The notes under the pieces: generated by a model
Databases searched by the model: none
Seen by the model: the letters and a program-made list of their open reading frames with translations, nothing else
Told to the model about the DNA's origin: nothing
Translations under genes and position numbers: made by a program
Shown here: one piece after another, positions 28,860 to 39,430 of the stretch
Numbering within the stretch: the first letter of the stretch is position 1
How the letters are laid out: each line of letters opens with the position of its first letter
Assembly (NCBI GenBank): GCA_965198225.1
Contig: CBDAOY010000007.1
Location: 832,001 to 896,000 of the forward strand
DNA length: 64,000 nucleotides
Direction of reading: 5' to 3'
From: Terriglobia bacterium
Lineage (GTDB): Bacteria > Acidobacteriota > Terriglobia > 20CM-2-55-15

Positions 28860-30186
28860 GAACGTTGTGAATACTTCCATCGGCGGCAACTCTCCAGCTT
28901 TGTATGGCGTTGTAGTGATAGAAGGAGCCGAACGTGCCGTTCAGACCGCGAACGTCGACCAGGGCTGCCCGCGTCGGCTGGACGTAGCCGGTTTCGTCGG
29001 TGCAGCGGCTCTGGAGAACAGTCTGGCGACCGTCCCAGGTCCACGGGAAACGAAAGATCGTCAACGACTTCGACATCACCGGCTCCTGGAGTCTCGCCTC
29101 CTGCCAGGTTTCGCCGGCATCCGTGCTCACCTCCACGCGTGCCACCTTTCCCCGGCCACTCCAGGCCAAACCGCGGATTTCGACGAAACCGGCTCCCTGC
29201 ACAGGGAATTGAGCGGAAGGGTAGTTGATCACCGACTTCGCTTCCATTGTGAACGTGAACTGACGCGCCACCCCGTCGGCCATCAAGTCCGTGTACTTGG
29301 CGGTCTCCTCGCGCGTGTGGTACGGCCGATCGGTGACCTTGAGGACGCGCAACCACTTTACGTTGGAACTGCCCTCCCAGCCGGGCAGCACTAAACGCAT
29401 CGGGTAGCCCTGGGCCGGACGAACTGCTTCGCCATTCTGGCCATAAGCAATCATCGCGTCATCGTTTGCCTTGTCCAGGGTGATGCTCCGGTTCATTCGG
29501 GCGCCGTCAGCCCCTTCCGCGACAATCCATCTTGCTTCGCTTCGCACTCCCGCTTCCCGCAACAGGGTGGACAACAACACTCCTGTCCATTCCGTACCGC
29601 TTATCAGCCCGTGGGTTTGCTGTACGTCAGCAAGCGTCGGCTCCACCCACTCGGTCAGAGTATTTCCCGAGCACTCGGTGAAGCAGATGCGCGAAACAGC
29701 CGGAAAACGCATCAGATCCCGTACAGACAGTTTGAGGGGACGCTCGACCATTCCGAATAGGAACAGTTCGTGGTTGGCAGGATCGATATCGGGAATCCCC
29801 GCATGGTGCCGTTCGAAGTGGAGCGAGGACGGGGTGATTATGCCGCGCTGGTCATGTAGAGGAGACATGGTCCATGAGGACTCGTCGGTGGGCGTCCGGT
29901 ATTGCCAGCGCTGGATTCCAGCTTCATGGCGGGATCGTTCGCCATGACCCGAAACCGGACGACCCAATTGCTTGGTGGTGTCGGGTTGGCCTCCCTGCTG
30001 TAGAAGCGCTTCCGAGGGGGAAGACTCGGCCCTCAATCCGTTCACTGCCAGCCCACCCACCAGGCCCGCTACCCCCTTGAGGGCCCCCCGGCGTGTCATC
30101 CTTGGCGTTGAGGTTTCGTTTCCGACGTCGCGGGGCGTCCGCTTCGGGCTTCTCGCGATTTCACGCTCTTTCTTTTTCAAACTCAT
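28852..30186 (-). CDS. soxC: Molybdopterin sulfite/sulfane dehydrogenase SoxC
   Basis: Tat 'TRRGALK'; 'GIITPSSLHFERHHAG', 'ECSGN', 'QGYPMRL', 'YHYNAIQSW'. Confidence 0.9.
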   Translation of the reverse strand: MSLKKKEREIARSPKRTPRDVGNETSTPRMTRRGALKGVAGLVGGLAVNGLRAESSPSEALLQQGGQPDTTKQLGRPVSGHGERSRHEAGIQRWQYRTPTDESSWTMSPLHDQRGIITPSSLHFERHHAGIPDIDPANHELFLFGMVERPLKLSVRDLMRFPAVSRICFTECSGNTLTEWVEPTLADVQQTHGLISGTEWTGVLLSTLLREAGVRSEARWIVAEGADGARMNRSITLDKANDDAMIAYGQNGEAVRPAQGYPMRLVLPGWEGSSNVKWLRVLKVTDRPYHTREETAKYTDLMADGVARQFTFTMEAKSVINYPSAQFPVQGAGFVEIRGLAWSGRGKVARVEVSTDAGETWQEARLQEPVMSKSLTIFRFPWTWDGRQTVLQSRCTDETGYVQPTRAALVDVRGLNGTFGSFYHYNAIQSWRVAADGSIHNVHA

Positions 30187-30257
30187 ACTTGTACCTTTCC
30201 GACGTCAATCCTGTCGGATCATTTGTGCAAACGACACGCCGAGGTCGCGTGCCGTGC

Positions 30258-30938
30258 TCAGGCTTCGGGTGTGAACCCCAGCACAACGTCAAACCGTGCG
30301 GCCAGCTCGCCGACCCGCGAGCCGTGAAGGGGCGCGAAATCCACGGTCACGGCTTCCCGTGCCTTCGGGTCTCGAGTCCGATTCAGGACGCGGTCGTCCT
30401 TATTCCGCGGTTCGCCTTTGACGTACATCTGCGTGGTCCACTTGTCGCGACCCTTCATCTTGATCGCGAAGTGGATATGACTCGTGCGGTTTCCGTATAC
30501 CACGGGCCTGATGGTACGGAAATAGTATTCGCCCGTCGAGCCGGTCAAGAAGCGGCCGAACCCCTGGAAGTTCTGGTCGCGCAGGTCGTGGTCGTTGCTG
30601 TCGGTGTGGAGGTAGACGCCATAGTTGTCCACTTGCCAGATCTCGACCAGCGTGTTTCGGATGGGCTCCCCGGCGGCGGTCAGGATTCTGCCGCCCAGGT
30701 GCGTGATCTGACCCACCGCAGGGGTGATGCTGTCGTTAACGGTGAGAAGGTCGTTGTCGGTGTCCAGCGGCAGGTGGTCGGGATAGAACGGCCCTTCGCC
30801 CTGGCTCGGCGTGAGCATGAGCTGTTCGGCGAGCAGGCCGGGAACGTTGAAGAGGCTGGATACGCTGAACCCCGTAACACCAAAGGCCATGCCGCGAATA
30901 AAACGACGGCGGCCCTCGAACAGGATGGCTTCCTGCAT
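30258..30938 (-). CDS. Intradiol ring-cleavage dioxygenase-like protein with Tat-like signal
   Basis: 'EGPFYP', 'EIWQVDNYGVY', 'RTIRPVVY', 'HIHF'; 'RRRFIRG'. Confidence 0.88.
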   Translation of the reverse strand: MQEAILFEGRRRFIRGMAFGVTGFSVSSLFNVPGLLAEQLMLTPSQGEGPFYPDHLPLDTDNDLLTVNDSITPAVGQITHLGGRILTAAGEPIRNTLVEIWQVDNYGVYLHTDSNDHDLRDQNFQGFGRFLTGSTGEYYFRTIRPVVYGNRTSHIHFAIKMKGRDKWTTQMYVKGEPRNKDDRVLNRTRDPKAREAVTVDFAPLHGSRVGELAARFDVVLGFTPEA

Positions 30939-31293
30939 GGTTTGCTCCTTTGATGGAAAGCGGAAAACGTTGGGCATTTATACCACCGAGTGACGGGCGA
31001 ATCAATTCGGCGCGAGGCGGCGTTGGATGCCACGGCTTGTGGCACCGGCACCTGCTCCTTCTGTTTTTTCAAACCCTGAGGATCAGCGTGTGTGGTTTCC
31101 CTCGCGTTCGTCGCCTCCTACGTCGGCGTTCGAGGCGTGAGTCGACACCTGCTCGGCCGGCCGCCGCCACGAGAATTCTGGGTTGTTCATCATCGAAGAG
31201 GCGCTCCTTCACGCCTGCGCGCGGCTCCATTCTTTTTTGATTTCGGCCTGAGCTGCTATAAGATCTGGCCGTAACTTCCTAGGACTCAATCTG

Positions 31294-32532
31294 ATGGTTA
31301 CGGCCGCCATTCGTCCAACCCAACCCCAGGAGCGGATCGCGAGTCTCGATGTGTTGCGTGCGTTTGCGCTTCTTGGAATCCTCGTCGTGAACATGATGGA
31401 TTTCGCGTATACGGGCAGCCTGGAAGCGCCTGCCCAGCGATGGCCGGCGTGGTGGGACCAGGCCGCGGTTGGAATAGTCTTCCCGTTGTTTGCCGGCAAG
31501 TTCAATTCACTGTTCTCTTTCCTGTTCGGGATTGGTTTCTTCATTCAGCTCGACCGCCTCAGAGTGCGTGGCACCGCCGGCAACGTCATATACCTGCGCA
31601 GACTAGGGGTGTTGTTCCTATTGGGCGCGCTCCACGCTCTTTTTGTCTGGTGGGGGGACGTGCTCCATATGTACGCGATTCTGGGCGTCTTTCTACTCCT
31701 GATGAGGAGGGTGTCGAACAAGACTGTCTGGGTCGTGATGATCCTGTGCCTGCTCTACCCCGCGGTGCTCAGCGTTTATCAGTTCTACAAGAGCACCCCG
31801 GACGATATGGCGCGGCTACAGTCTCAATTCGTGCTGATGAGCGCGACGAATAACGAAGTCCTGACGCAGGGGAGCTACTGGGAAGCAACGCTCGCGCGCG
31901 TCGAGATGCAGCGGTTCCTGTACAGCGATTTGAGCTACTCTTTTGTGGGTTATCCGCTCTTCTTCACGACCATCCTCCTGGGTTTCTGGGTGGCTCGTGC
32001 AGGTTACGTGCGCGACACTGCCGCGCGCCGCGCCTTCCTCAAAAAGGTCCTGATCTGGTGCTTCGCGATTGGTCTGGCCTGCGGCATCACCATCGCCGTG
32101 GCTATTCGGTTTGTCGTTCCGTTCCAACTCTCACCGCTAAGCGTGCTGCTCGTCTCCATGTACTCGTTCGGCCGGCCCCCACTGATGTTGTCCTACGCGG
32201 TGATCCTGGTGCTGCTGTTCGACGCGGGACGATTGCGGCGGTTTTTCAGCTGGCTGACGTATGTGGGCCGCATGCCGTTGACGAACTACCTGATGCAATC
32301 GGTTGTCTGCACTCTGCTCTTCTACGGCTATGGTCTTGGTTTGATCGACCAGGTCAATCCGGCGGCAGCTCTTCTGCTGAGCCTGGCGATTTGGGGACTC
32401 CAGATTCCTGTCAGCGTCCTCTGGTTACGCCGCTTCAGATTCGGCCCAATGGAGTGGCTGTGGCGAGCAGCAACCTACGGTACGACCACCGTGGCGGAGA
32501 AGCAGCCTCTGGCCGCAGGAGCGACGACCTGA
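31294..32532 (+). CDS. DUF418 (YeiB-like) membrane protein
   Basis: 'RIASLDVLRAFALLGI', 'GRMPLTNYLMQS', 'FGPMEWLWR'. Confidence 0.92.
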   Translation: MVTAAIRPTQPQERIASLDVLRAFALLGILVVNMMDFAYTGSLEAPAQRWPAWWDQAAVGIVFPLFAGKFNSLFSFLFGIGFFIQLDRLRVRGTAGNVIYLRRLGVLFLLGALHALFVWWGDVLHMYAILGVFLLLMRRVSNKTVWVVMILCLLYPAVLSVYQFYKSTPDDMARLQSQFVLMSATNNEVLTQGSYWEATLARVEMQRFLYSDLSYSFVGYPLFFTTILLGFWVARAGYVRDTAARRAFLKKVLIWCFAIGLACGITIAVAIRFVVPFQLSPLSVLLVSMYSFGRPPLMLSYAVILVLLFDAGRLRRFFSWLTYVGRMPLTNYLMQSVVCTLLFYGYGLGLIDQVNPAAALLLSLAIWGLQIPVSVLWLRRFRFGPMEWLWRAATYGTTTVAEKQPLAAGATT

Positions 32533-32558
32533 ATCGAGTCCACGACTTTCCAGGTTAT

Positions 32559-35500
32559 TCAGTCGCCCGCATGTGCCGGCCCTGCCTCCGGCGTCCAGTC
32601 TTCGTCCCAGGCCGGCTGGGCCTTCCCGCCAAATTTCAGGTATAGCGCCGGAATCACGACCATGTTCAAGAATGTCGAGGTCAGCATGCCTCCAAGGATC
32701 ACTGCGGCCATCGGCTGCTGAATCTCTTTACCTGGCGTACCTGCGCCGAGCGCCAGCGGAAGCAGGCCCACGCCGGTGACCAGTGCTGTCATCAGAATTG
32801 GACTGAGCCGCTCCATCGATCCCTGAACGATGGCGTCCCGTAGAGTAGTTCCTTCCTCGATCAGGTGGTGATAGTGCGTCACGAGCATGATCCCGTTGCG
32901 CGTCGCGATGCCGAAGAGCGTAATGAATCCCACCAGGGAAGCCACCGACAGCGTTCCGCCCGAAAGGAACACGATGAACACGCCCCCGATCAACGCCAGA
33001 GGCAGGTTCGCCATCACGAGCAGCGAAGCGCGCACGGACTTGAGCGCGATGTACAGCAGGAGGAAGATGCCGCCTACCGCCAGTAGGGACAGCCAGAAGA
33101 TCCGACCCGAGGCCTCTTCTTGAGCCTCGAACTGACCTCCGTACTGGACGAAGTACCCCTCGGGAAGTGAAACTTTCCTGGCGATCGCTACCCTCACGTC
33201 GTCGATCACGCTGCCGAGATCTCGGCCCGCAACGTTCGCCTGGACGATGATCCTTCGCTGTCCGTTCTCTCGATTGATCGTGTTCGGTCCCTGGTCGGAA
33301 CGGACGTCGGCCACCTGGGCGATGGGAATCCGCACTCCCAGGGGAGTCTCGATCAAAGTTGCGCTGAGGGACTCCACCGACTCGCGGGCGGTCTCGTTCA
33401 GGCGCACGAGAAGGTCGTAGCTTCGCTGCTGTTCCAGAACCTGGCCGACGACGCGTCCGTTGAATGCCGTTTCGACGACCTCGGCGAGATGGCCGGCCGA
33501 CAGCCCGACCGCGGAGGCGTTTGCCCGGTCGATGTTGATCTGGACTTGCGGTACACCCACCTGGGGTTCGACCAGCAGGTCGACGACGCCTCCGACGTTT
33601 TCCATCGCCGCCCGGACTTCTTCAGCCTTGTTGCGCAAAGTCGGAAGGTCCGGCCCGAAGACCTTGATCGCGATCTGTGCGCGGGTACCCGACAGCAGAT
33701 GGTCGATCCGGTGAGAGATAGGCTGCCCGACTTCAGCCGCCGCTCCGGGTATCTGCGCCAGCGTCTGACGGACTTCATCCATAATTTCGAACTGGCTGCG
33801 ATCGGCGGTCCGTGTGACGACTTCCAGCTCGCTGGTGTTGACTCCGGCGGCATGCTCGTCCTGTTCGGCTCTCCCGGTTCGACGTGTCGTCGAGACGACT
33901 TCCGGTATCTCGTGGAGCTCCCTTTCGACGACGTTCCCGATTCGATTGGACTCCTCGAGCGAGGTTCCTGGTGGCAGGTTCACATTGATGTTGAGGGCCC
34001 CCTCGTTGAAAGGCGGCAGGAACTCGCGTCCGGTCAGTGGGAGGAGACTGAGAGCGGTGAACAGCAGCAACGCCGAAAGCCCGATGATTTCGGAAGGATG
34101 GTCGAGAGTCCAACCCAAAACGCTTCGGTATCCCCGTTTCAGCCAGGAGACGAGGCGGGAGTCGCCTTGGGATTTCAGGAGTTGAGACCGTCCGAGGAGG
34201 AAGTAGCAGAGGACCGGCGTGACGGTCAACGCCACGAGCAACGAGGCGGCAATCGAAACGATGTAGGCAAAAGCGAGTGGCGCGAACATGCGTCCTTCGA
34301 AACCCGCCAGGGAGAACAGGGGAAGGAACACGAGGATGATGATGAGGGTTGCATAGAAAATGGAGTTTCTAATTTCGCTCGACGCCCGGAAGACCACGTT
34401 GGGCACTCCCAGCGGCTTGTCCGATAGCGCGTTCTGTTTCAATCTGCGGAAGACGTTTTCCACGTCGACAATGGAGTCGTCAACCAGTTCCCCGATCGCG
34501 ATCGCCAATCCTCCAAGAGTCATCGTGTTGATGCTGATCCCGAAGTAGTTCATCGTCAGGATCGCTGTCAGCAGTGATAGCGGTATCGCTGTCAGGCTGA
34601 TGAACGTCGTCCGGAAATTCCACAGGAAGAGGAACATGACGACGGTTACCATCACGCCGCCTTCAATCAGCGCCCGGCGGACGTTCCCAACGGCGCGTTC
34701 GATGAAATCGGCTTGTTGGAACGCTTCGGTATCGATGACCATGTCGGCTGGAAGGGTCGGTCGAAGCGCCACCAATGCCGCCTCGATCTCGCGGGTCAGG
34801 TCAAGCGTGTTGACGTTGGGTTGTTTCTGGATCGTGGCGACGAGGGCCGGCTGCGCGTTAAAGCTGCCGTCCCCTCTCTTGACGGCGGCGCCCAAGCCGA
34901 CTTCGGCAACATGCCGGATCAGCACGCGTGTGCCTTCCCGGACTGTGATGACCGATGCGCTCAGATCCTCGATCGAATGAATCCTTCCCCGGCCCCGAAT
35001 CAGGAATTCCTCGTTCGGTCTTTCCATGAAGCCGCCCGTGCTGACGGCGTTTGCTTCGGCTACCGCCGCAGTGACTTCCTCGAGCGACAGGTCATAGTCG
35101 ACGAGTCGAGTCGGATCGACGATCACCTGGTACTGTTTCAGGTCGCCCCCGATGATGGTGACCTGCGAGACGCCGGTGATCGAGAGCAGGCGGGGGCGTA
35201 TGACCCAGTCGGCCAGCGAGCGGAGTTCCATCGCCGAGGTATTCCCCTCGGTGCGGATGGAAACCAGCATGATCTCGCCCATCGTCGACGAGATCGGCCC
35301 GAGCACTGGAGGTTCAATGTCGGTCGGGAGCCGGACCTGCTGGAGCTTCTCGGTAACGAGCTGCCGGGCGCGGTAGATGTCCATCCCGAGGTCGAATTCG
35401 ACGAAGACCAGGGACAGACCAGCGGCCGAATTGGATCGGACGCGAAAGACGCCAGACGTTCCATTCAGGACGGACTCCAGCGGCACGGTTACCAGGGCCT

Positions 35501-35684
35501 CGACCTCTTCGGGCGCCAGTCCGTGTGCTTCGGTGAGCACGGTCACGATAGGGGCGGTGAGATCGGGGAAAACGTCGATTGGCGTACGGGCGGCCACGAT
35601 GCCCCCGTAGAGCAACAGCAAACTCGCGGCGACGAGAACCAGCAGCCGATTCTCCAGGGACCAACGAATGATTCTGTCAAGCAT
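32559..35684 (-). CDS. CusA/CzcA-family heavy-metal RND permease
   Basis: 'PIDVFPDL', 'AIAIGELVDDSIVDVENV', 'ERLSPILMTAL'; 1041 aa. Confidence 0.95.
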   Translation of the reverse strand: MLDRIIRWSLENRLLVLVAASLLLLYGGIVAARTPIDVFPDLTAPIVTVLTEAHGLAPEEVEALVTVPLESVLNGTSGVFRVRSNSAAGLSLVFVEFDLGMDIYRARQLVTEKLQQVRLPTDIEPPVLGPISSTMGEIMLVSIRTEGNTSAMELRSLADWVIRPRLLSITGVSQVTIIGGDLKQYQVIVDPTRLVDYDLSLEEVTAAVAEANAVSTGGFMERPNEEFLIRGRGRIHSIEDLSASVITVREGTRVLIRHVAEVGLGAAVKRGDGSFNAQPALVATIQKQPNVNTLDLTREIEAALVALRPTLPADMVIDTEAFQQADFIERAVGNVRRALIEGGVMVTVVMFLFLWNFRTTFISLTAIPLSLLTAILTMNYFGISINTMTLGGLAIAIGELVDDSIVDVENVFRRLKQNALSDKPLGVPNVVFRASSEIRNSIFYATLIIILVFLPLFSLAGFEGRMFAPLAFAYIVSIAASLLVALTVTPVLCYFLLGRSQLLKSQGDSRLVSWLKRGYRSVLGWTLDHPSEIIGLSALLLFTALSLLPLTGREFLPPFNEGALNINVNLPPGTSLEESNRIGNVVERELHEIPEVVSTTRRTGRAEQDEHAAGVNTSELEVVTRTADRSQFEIMDEVRQTLAQIPGAAAEVGQPISHRIDHLLSGTRAQIAIKVFGPDLPTLRNKAEEVRAAMENVGGVVDLLVEPQVGVPQVQINIDRANASAVGLSAGHLAEVVETAFNGRVVGQVLEQQRSYDLLVRLNETARESVESLSATLIETPLGVRIPIAQVADVRSDQGPNTINRENGQRRIIVQANVAGRDLGSVIDDVRVAIARKVSLPEGYFVQYGGQFEAQEEASGRIFWLSLLAVGGIFLLLYIALKSVRASLLVMANLPLALIGGVFIVFLSGGTLSVASLVGFITLFGIATRNGIMLVTHYHHLIEEGTTLRDAIVQGSMERLSPILMTALVTGVGLLPLALGAGTPGKEIQQPMAAVILGGMLTSTFLNMVVIPALYLKFGGKAQPAWDEDWTPEAGPAHAGD

Positions 35685-35707
35685 CAGGTCCCCGCTATTT
35701 CGCCAAA

Positions 35708-35944
35708 CCCGGATTGTTCACCGGTTGTCGTCGCGAAGCCCGCCGGGCCACTTCGTGGCCCGGTTTGATGCCGACGCCGGCAGGGCATCTTTTTTTTGGC
35801 ATGGCCCTTGACGGGCCATGCTGAGCGCGCGCCGGGAGGGCGCCGGAGCCGTACTCGACAGTACGTTGAGGCGTCCGACCAAGGGCAACGCTGTAATGGC
35901 GGATGTATCCGGCGCTGCAGCAGACAACCGGTGAGCAATGCGGG
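35708..35944. mobile_element. MITE family B, copy 1
   Basis: TIRs CCCGGATTGTTCACCGGTTGTC / GACAACCGGTGAGCAATGCGGG; related to 52420-52583; no transposase. Confidence 0.75.
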
Positions 35945-37213
35945 TTATACCTCATGGGAGTGTTCTCCCGGATCCGCCGGTTGCAGCTCCTGCAGCTTCA
36001 ACTGGTAGGCTCCCTGTGTCACAACCCGGTCGCCCGGTTTGAGACCCTCGAGAACAACCACCTCGTTTCCGTATCGGCCCTCGAGCGCAACGTGGCGACG
36101 CTCGAACTCTTCACCCGACAACAGGACGTAAACAATGTCCTGTCCTTCGTGTTCGAGTACCGCCTCGGCAGGAATCACGATGACCTCCCGCCGTGAGCCG
36201 GCATCGAGTCGCACGTTCGCCTGCATACCGATGCGGAGTCGGCCGTCCGGGTTGCGAACTTCGAAGGTGACCGTTGCGGTCCGGGTCACGTCGCCGATTC
36301 GAGCTCCGACATCCACTACCGCGCCCTCGAACTCAACGCCGGGATAAGCCGCAGTCTCGAATACCGCTCTCCCCGCATCGAGGACCGTCGGAAGATCCTT
36401 CTCAAAGATTGGTGCCTCGACCCACACCGTCTCGAAGTTCACGATCTCGAGAATAGGTTCTCCGGGCTGAACCAACTCACCGACGGACTTGTAGACCTCG
36501 GCGACTTTCCCCGCGATTGGGCCCGTCAGTACGCGACGGGCCGTCGTGGTTTCCGCGGCGAGCGCCGGAGTCGGAGCTTCCATGAGCGTTTCCAGCTGCT
36601 GGGCAAACGACTGCACGACTGTTTCGGCGGCCTCAAAGTCGGTTGCGGCGGCTTCGAGCTCCCGCTGTGCGATCACTTCGGCCTCGTGCAAACGTTTGGC
36701 CCGATCCAGTTCGCGGCGCGCGTGTTCCAGACGAATCTCCGCTTCGACGCGAGCCTGTTCCAGCGCGCGGCGTTCCGACTCGGTACGAGCGGCCTCGAGA
36801 CGAAGCTGTACAACCTGGGCAGCTTCCGCCGCTGACGGGATCTGGCGCAGGGTCAATAACTCGCCGCCGCGTCGGACTTCCTGGCCGAGGAGCGGAAGTC
36901 CCTCTTCGCCGATCAAACCAGAAACCGAAGAAGAAACGACCGCGCGGTGATTCGCCGCAGGGATGATCCTTCCAACCGCTCGTACCTGAGGCGCCAGGTC
37001 TCGCAACTCCGCCTGGGCCAATTTCATCCGGATGAGCCACTGTTGCTCCATCAGGAATCGGACGGCTCCTGTCCGGCTCCGTTCCGCGGCAGGCTCCTCG
37101 ATTGTGTCCGCGCGCTCTCTCGAATACAGCATCCCGATCAAGGCAACGATCGGCAGAGCCGCCAGCACGATCCACACCAGCCCCGAACGTCGTTTTGTGC
37201 CTTTGTCGGTCAT
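35945..37213 (-). CDS. RND periplasmic adaptor (MFP)
   Basis: TM anchor, coiled coil, 'GPIAGKV', 'VWVEAPIFE', 'GLKPGDRVVTQGA'. Confidence 0.92.
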   Translation of the reverse strand: MTDKGTKRRSGLVWIVLAALPIVALIGMLYSRERADTIEEPAAERSRTGAVRFLMEQQWLIRMKLAQAELRDLAPQVRAVGRIIPAANHRAVVSSSVSGLIGEEGLPLLGQEVRRGGELLTLRQIPSAAEAAQVVQLRLEAARTESERRALEQARVEAEIRLEHARRELDRAKRLHEAEVIAQRELEAAATDFEAAETVVQSFAQQLETLMEAPTPALAAETTTARRVLTGPIAGKVAEVYKSVGELVQPGEPILEIVNFETVWVEAPIFEKDLPTVLDAGRAVFETAAYPGVEFEGAVVDVGARIGDVTRTATVTFEVRNPDGRLRIGMQANVRLDAGSRREVIVIPAEAVLEHEGQDIVYVLLSGEEFERRHVALEGRYGNEVVVLEGLKPGDRVVTQGAYQLKLQELQPADPGEHSHEV

Positions 37214-37238
37214 CCTTCAGCTTCCTCCATAACTGCCT

Positions 37239-37685
37239 CTATTGAACGGCGAAACCCGCCACAACCATCGTTTCGTACAGGTCTGAGTTGCGAACGCGAA
37301 ACTCGATTTCGTAGGTCCCCGGGCGGGGCACCGCGAGTTCCGCAACATAGATACCCGTAACCCTTCCGACCTGGGCCCTGGTCGATGCAACTTCTTCTCC
37401 GTTGGATGCTCGAACCGAGAGCTCGACTTCTGCCTGCGCGACCGGGGACCCATCGTCAAGGTCCGTGAGGTGGATGAGGAACGGGCTTGGCTCTGCGGAC
37501 TGTAACGGCGAGTACTCAAAGAAGTTTTCGATGCGGTCCGTGAATTCGGTCCGGGCCAGCGTCTCCTGATCGGCTTCTGCCTCCGGCACCGGCTCTGTTT
37601 CGGTGCAGCTCATGACAGAACCAAACAAGAGCAGCACGACGGACAGGCGAACACAAGCGAGCCGGACACATATCAGGGATTCCAC
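37239..37685 (-). CDS. Lipoprotein with YtkA/FixH-like Ig fold, associated with RND locus
   Basis: Lipobox 'VMSC'; 'GIYVAELAVPRPGTYEIEFRV'. Confidence 0.65.
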   Translation of the reverse strand: MESLICVRLACVRLSVVLLLFGSVMSCTETEPVPEAEADQETLARTEFTDRIENFFEYSPLQSAEPSPFLIHLTDLDDGSPVAQAEVELSVRASNGEEVASTRAQVGRVTGIYVAELAVPRPGTYEIEFRVRNSDLYETMVVAGFAVQ

Positions 37686-37770
37686 GGTTTTCCTTTTCTG
37701 AACTTTGATGAAGAATCCGAACCAGTGCGCGAGGGAGCACCGGCGGCGCATCAGAACGATTGCGAGGTGA

Positions 37771-38160
37771 TCAGGCTGGTGGGGCTCTTGGGGGCAGGTC
37801 CGCCAGGGGAGGAGCCCGCGTTCGTTCGGAGCCTCTCAGCTCATCCAGTCTTTCAACGACAGGTTCTGGCAAGAGGTCCGAGCAAGCGTCCACGGACCCC
37901 GCTGCAGGGGAAACCTTGCCTTCGGTGTACAGCAGGACATCGACGTCGCGTTCCGCGTGATAGGGTGGGTCGAACGATGCCTCGTCGTGTGCCGAAGCTG
38001 CTCTAGACCGTGCAATAGGGAAGTGATTGTGCAACGTCGTCTGGTAGGTCCCCGTGTGTCCATGATCCTGAACGCTCTCAGGGTGCACGTGGGAAAATGG
38101 TCCCTGGAAAAGAGTCCAGAGCATCAGCATCAGCGGGACTGCGAGGAAAAAACGCCGCAT
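37771..38160 (-). CDS. His-rich exported hypothetical protein ending in RAPP (CzcI/DUF2946-like)
   Basis: 'SHVHPESVQDHGH', 'LHNHF', C-terminal 'PPRAPPA'; first gene of metal efflux locus. Confidence 0.6.
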   Translation of the reverse strand: MRRFFLAVPLMLMLWTLFQGPFSHVHPESVQDHGHTGTYQTTLHNHFPIARSRAASAHDEASFDPPYHAERDVDVLLYTEGKVSPAAGSVDACSDLLPEPVVERLDELRGSERTRAPPLADLPPRAPPA

Positions 38161-38355
38161 GATCGAGGATTATCTGCCAGCGATCCGACGAATGTCAATC
38201 GGGGCTGCGCTTGGGTGTAGGGGCGAAGGGGCTTAACAGTCCGTGGTTTCGGTCGCAGCGTAGACGACCGGTTACAAACCGCGAGCGAAGACAGGAACCA
38301 TTCGCGCCTGCTGACTCCTCTGTCGTTCAGCCAGATTGTCGACAGGCTCCGGATC

Positions 38356-38574
38356 TTACGCGGGTAGGCCGTTGCCGCTCAGTTCGTGTTGATGAAGGGC
38401 AGGTGGCCCTGTTGCGGCCGGATCGGAACTACCGTCCCACGAACTGCGGAGATGGGTCAATAGCTCTTCGAGAAGCTCACGATTCAACGCATTCAGAACC
38501 TCTTGTCGGTTGAGAGTGAGCCAAACGGTTTCCCATTGCCGCTGGCTGAGCACCAAGCTGCCTTGCTTCGTCAT
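38356..38574 (-). pseudogene. N-terminal fragment of enoyl-CoA hydratase/isomerase
   Basis: 'VWLTLNRQEVLNALNRELLEEL' crotonase start, then diverges and stops at 72 aa. Confidence 0.6.
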
Positions 38575-38711
38575 GTCTGTTTCCCTCTTGCCTTGAGATT
38601 TGCCGAGGACCTTGGGATCTCCGGCCCGAACTCTTGTGTACTAGCTTGGAATCCGCCCGTAGAGTATAAGGACTGCTGGCGTCGCAAGCCCGCCAGAAGG
38701 ACCTTAGAACC

Positions 38712-39269
38712 ATGGAACCCATCGCCAAGACCCTGGTCGTCATTCTGTTGATGGGTGCAGCGATTCTTGGGCCGGCTCCAGATACTCGAGCACAGGCAAC
38801 GACAAACCTGGAGAAAGCAAAGCTTTGGGTCGAAGACTACGAACACCTGACGATTTTCGTCGAGAATGTTGGCAAGGAGGCTGACGACCTTGGTCTAACG
38901 AGGGACCGAATTCAAACAGAAACGGAACTCCGGCTTCGACAGGCCGGCATTAGTCCTTCTGATGCATTCGTGATCGACGGATTCGAAATCCCCCTACCAT
39001 CGCAGGATGTAGTTGTTGGAAAGGACGTTGTCGACTATCACCTGAATGTTCAAATCCGCGTCGTGGGCACGTATTTCCGAGTCGCGGTCGCATTCAAACG
39101 GTTCGCCAGCTACGTCTTACCGGACGGTGAGTTTGCGCGGGGTTACATGACCAGTTGGGAGAGAACGTCCTCCGGGGCCTTCGATGAAGGGGATAGCGAC
39201 TCCGTGATCGACTCCCTGGATCAGGCGCTGGATACCTTTCTCGATGAATACCTGAAAGCCAATCGATAG
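38712..39269 (+). CDS. Exported hypothetical protein
   Basis: 185-aa ORF with signal peptide; stop lies inside a MITE end. Confidence 0.65.
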   Translation: MEPIAKTLVVILLMGAAILGPAPDTRAQATTNLEKAKLWVEDYEHLTIFVENVGKEADDLGLTRDRIQTETELRLRQAGISPSDAFVIDGFEIPLPSQDVVVGKDVVDYHLNVQIRVVGTYFRVAVAFKRFASYVLPDGEFARGYMTSWERTSSGAFDEGDSDSVIDSLDQALDTFLDEYLKANR

Positions 39270-39288
39270 CACTGTTACAGGCCACTAG
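39264..39288. mobile_element. Solo terminal repeat of MITE family A
   Basis: cgatagcactgttacaggccactag is the reverse complement of the end at 39430. Confidence 0.7.
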
Positions 39289-39430
39289 AACGGTGTTTCG
39301 GCGGACAATGGCGCCGTGTTTTCCGCCATGCCCGTCAAAGTCTTCCAATAGGGCTCTGTTTTTCAAGGAACGCCAGGCTCGAATGGCTCGTACAGATAGT
39401 GCAATTCAGAATGCCCTCCCAATTGTCAAC

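Noticed and set aside
30980-31290. Short ORFs between the dioxygenase and DUF418 genes
   Set aside because: Arg-rich, no RBS or motifs; probably a divergent promoter region
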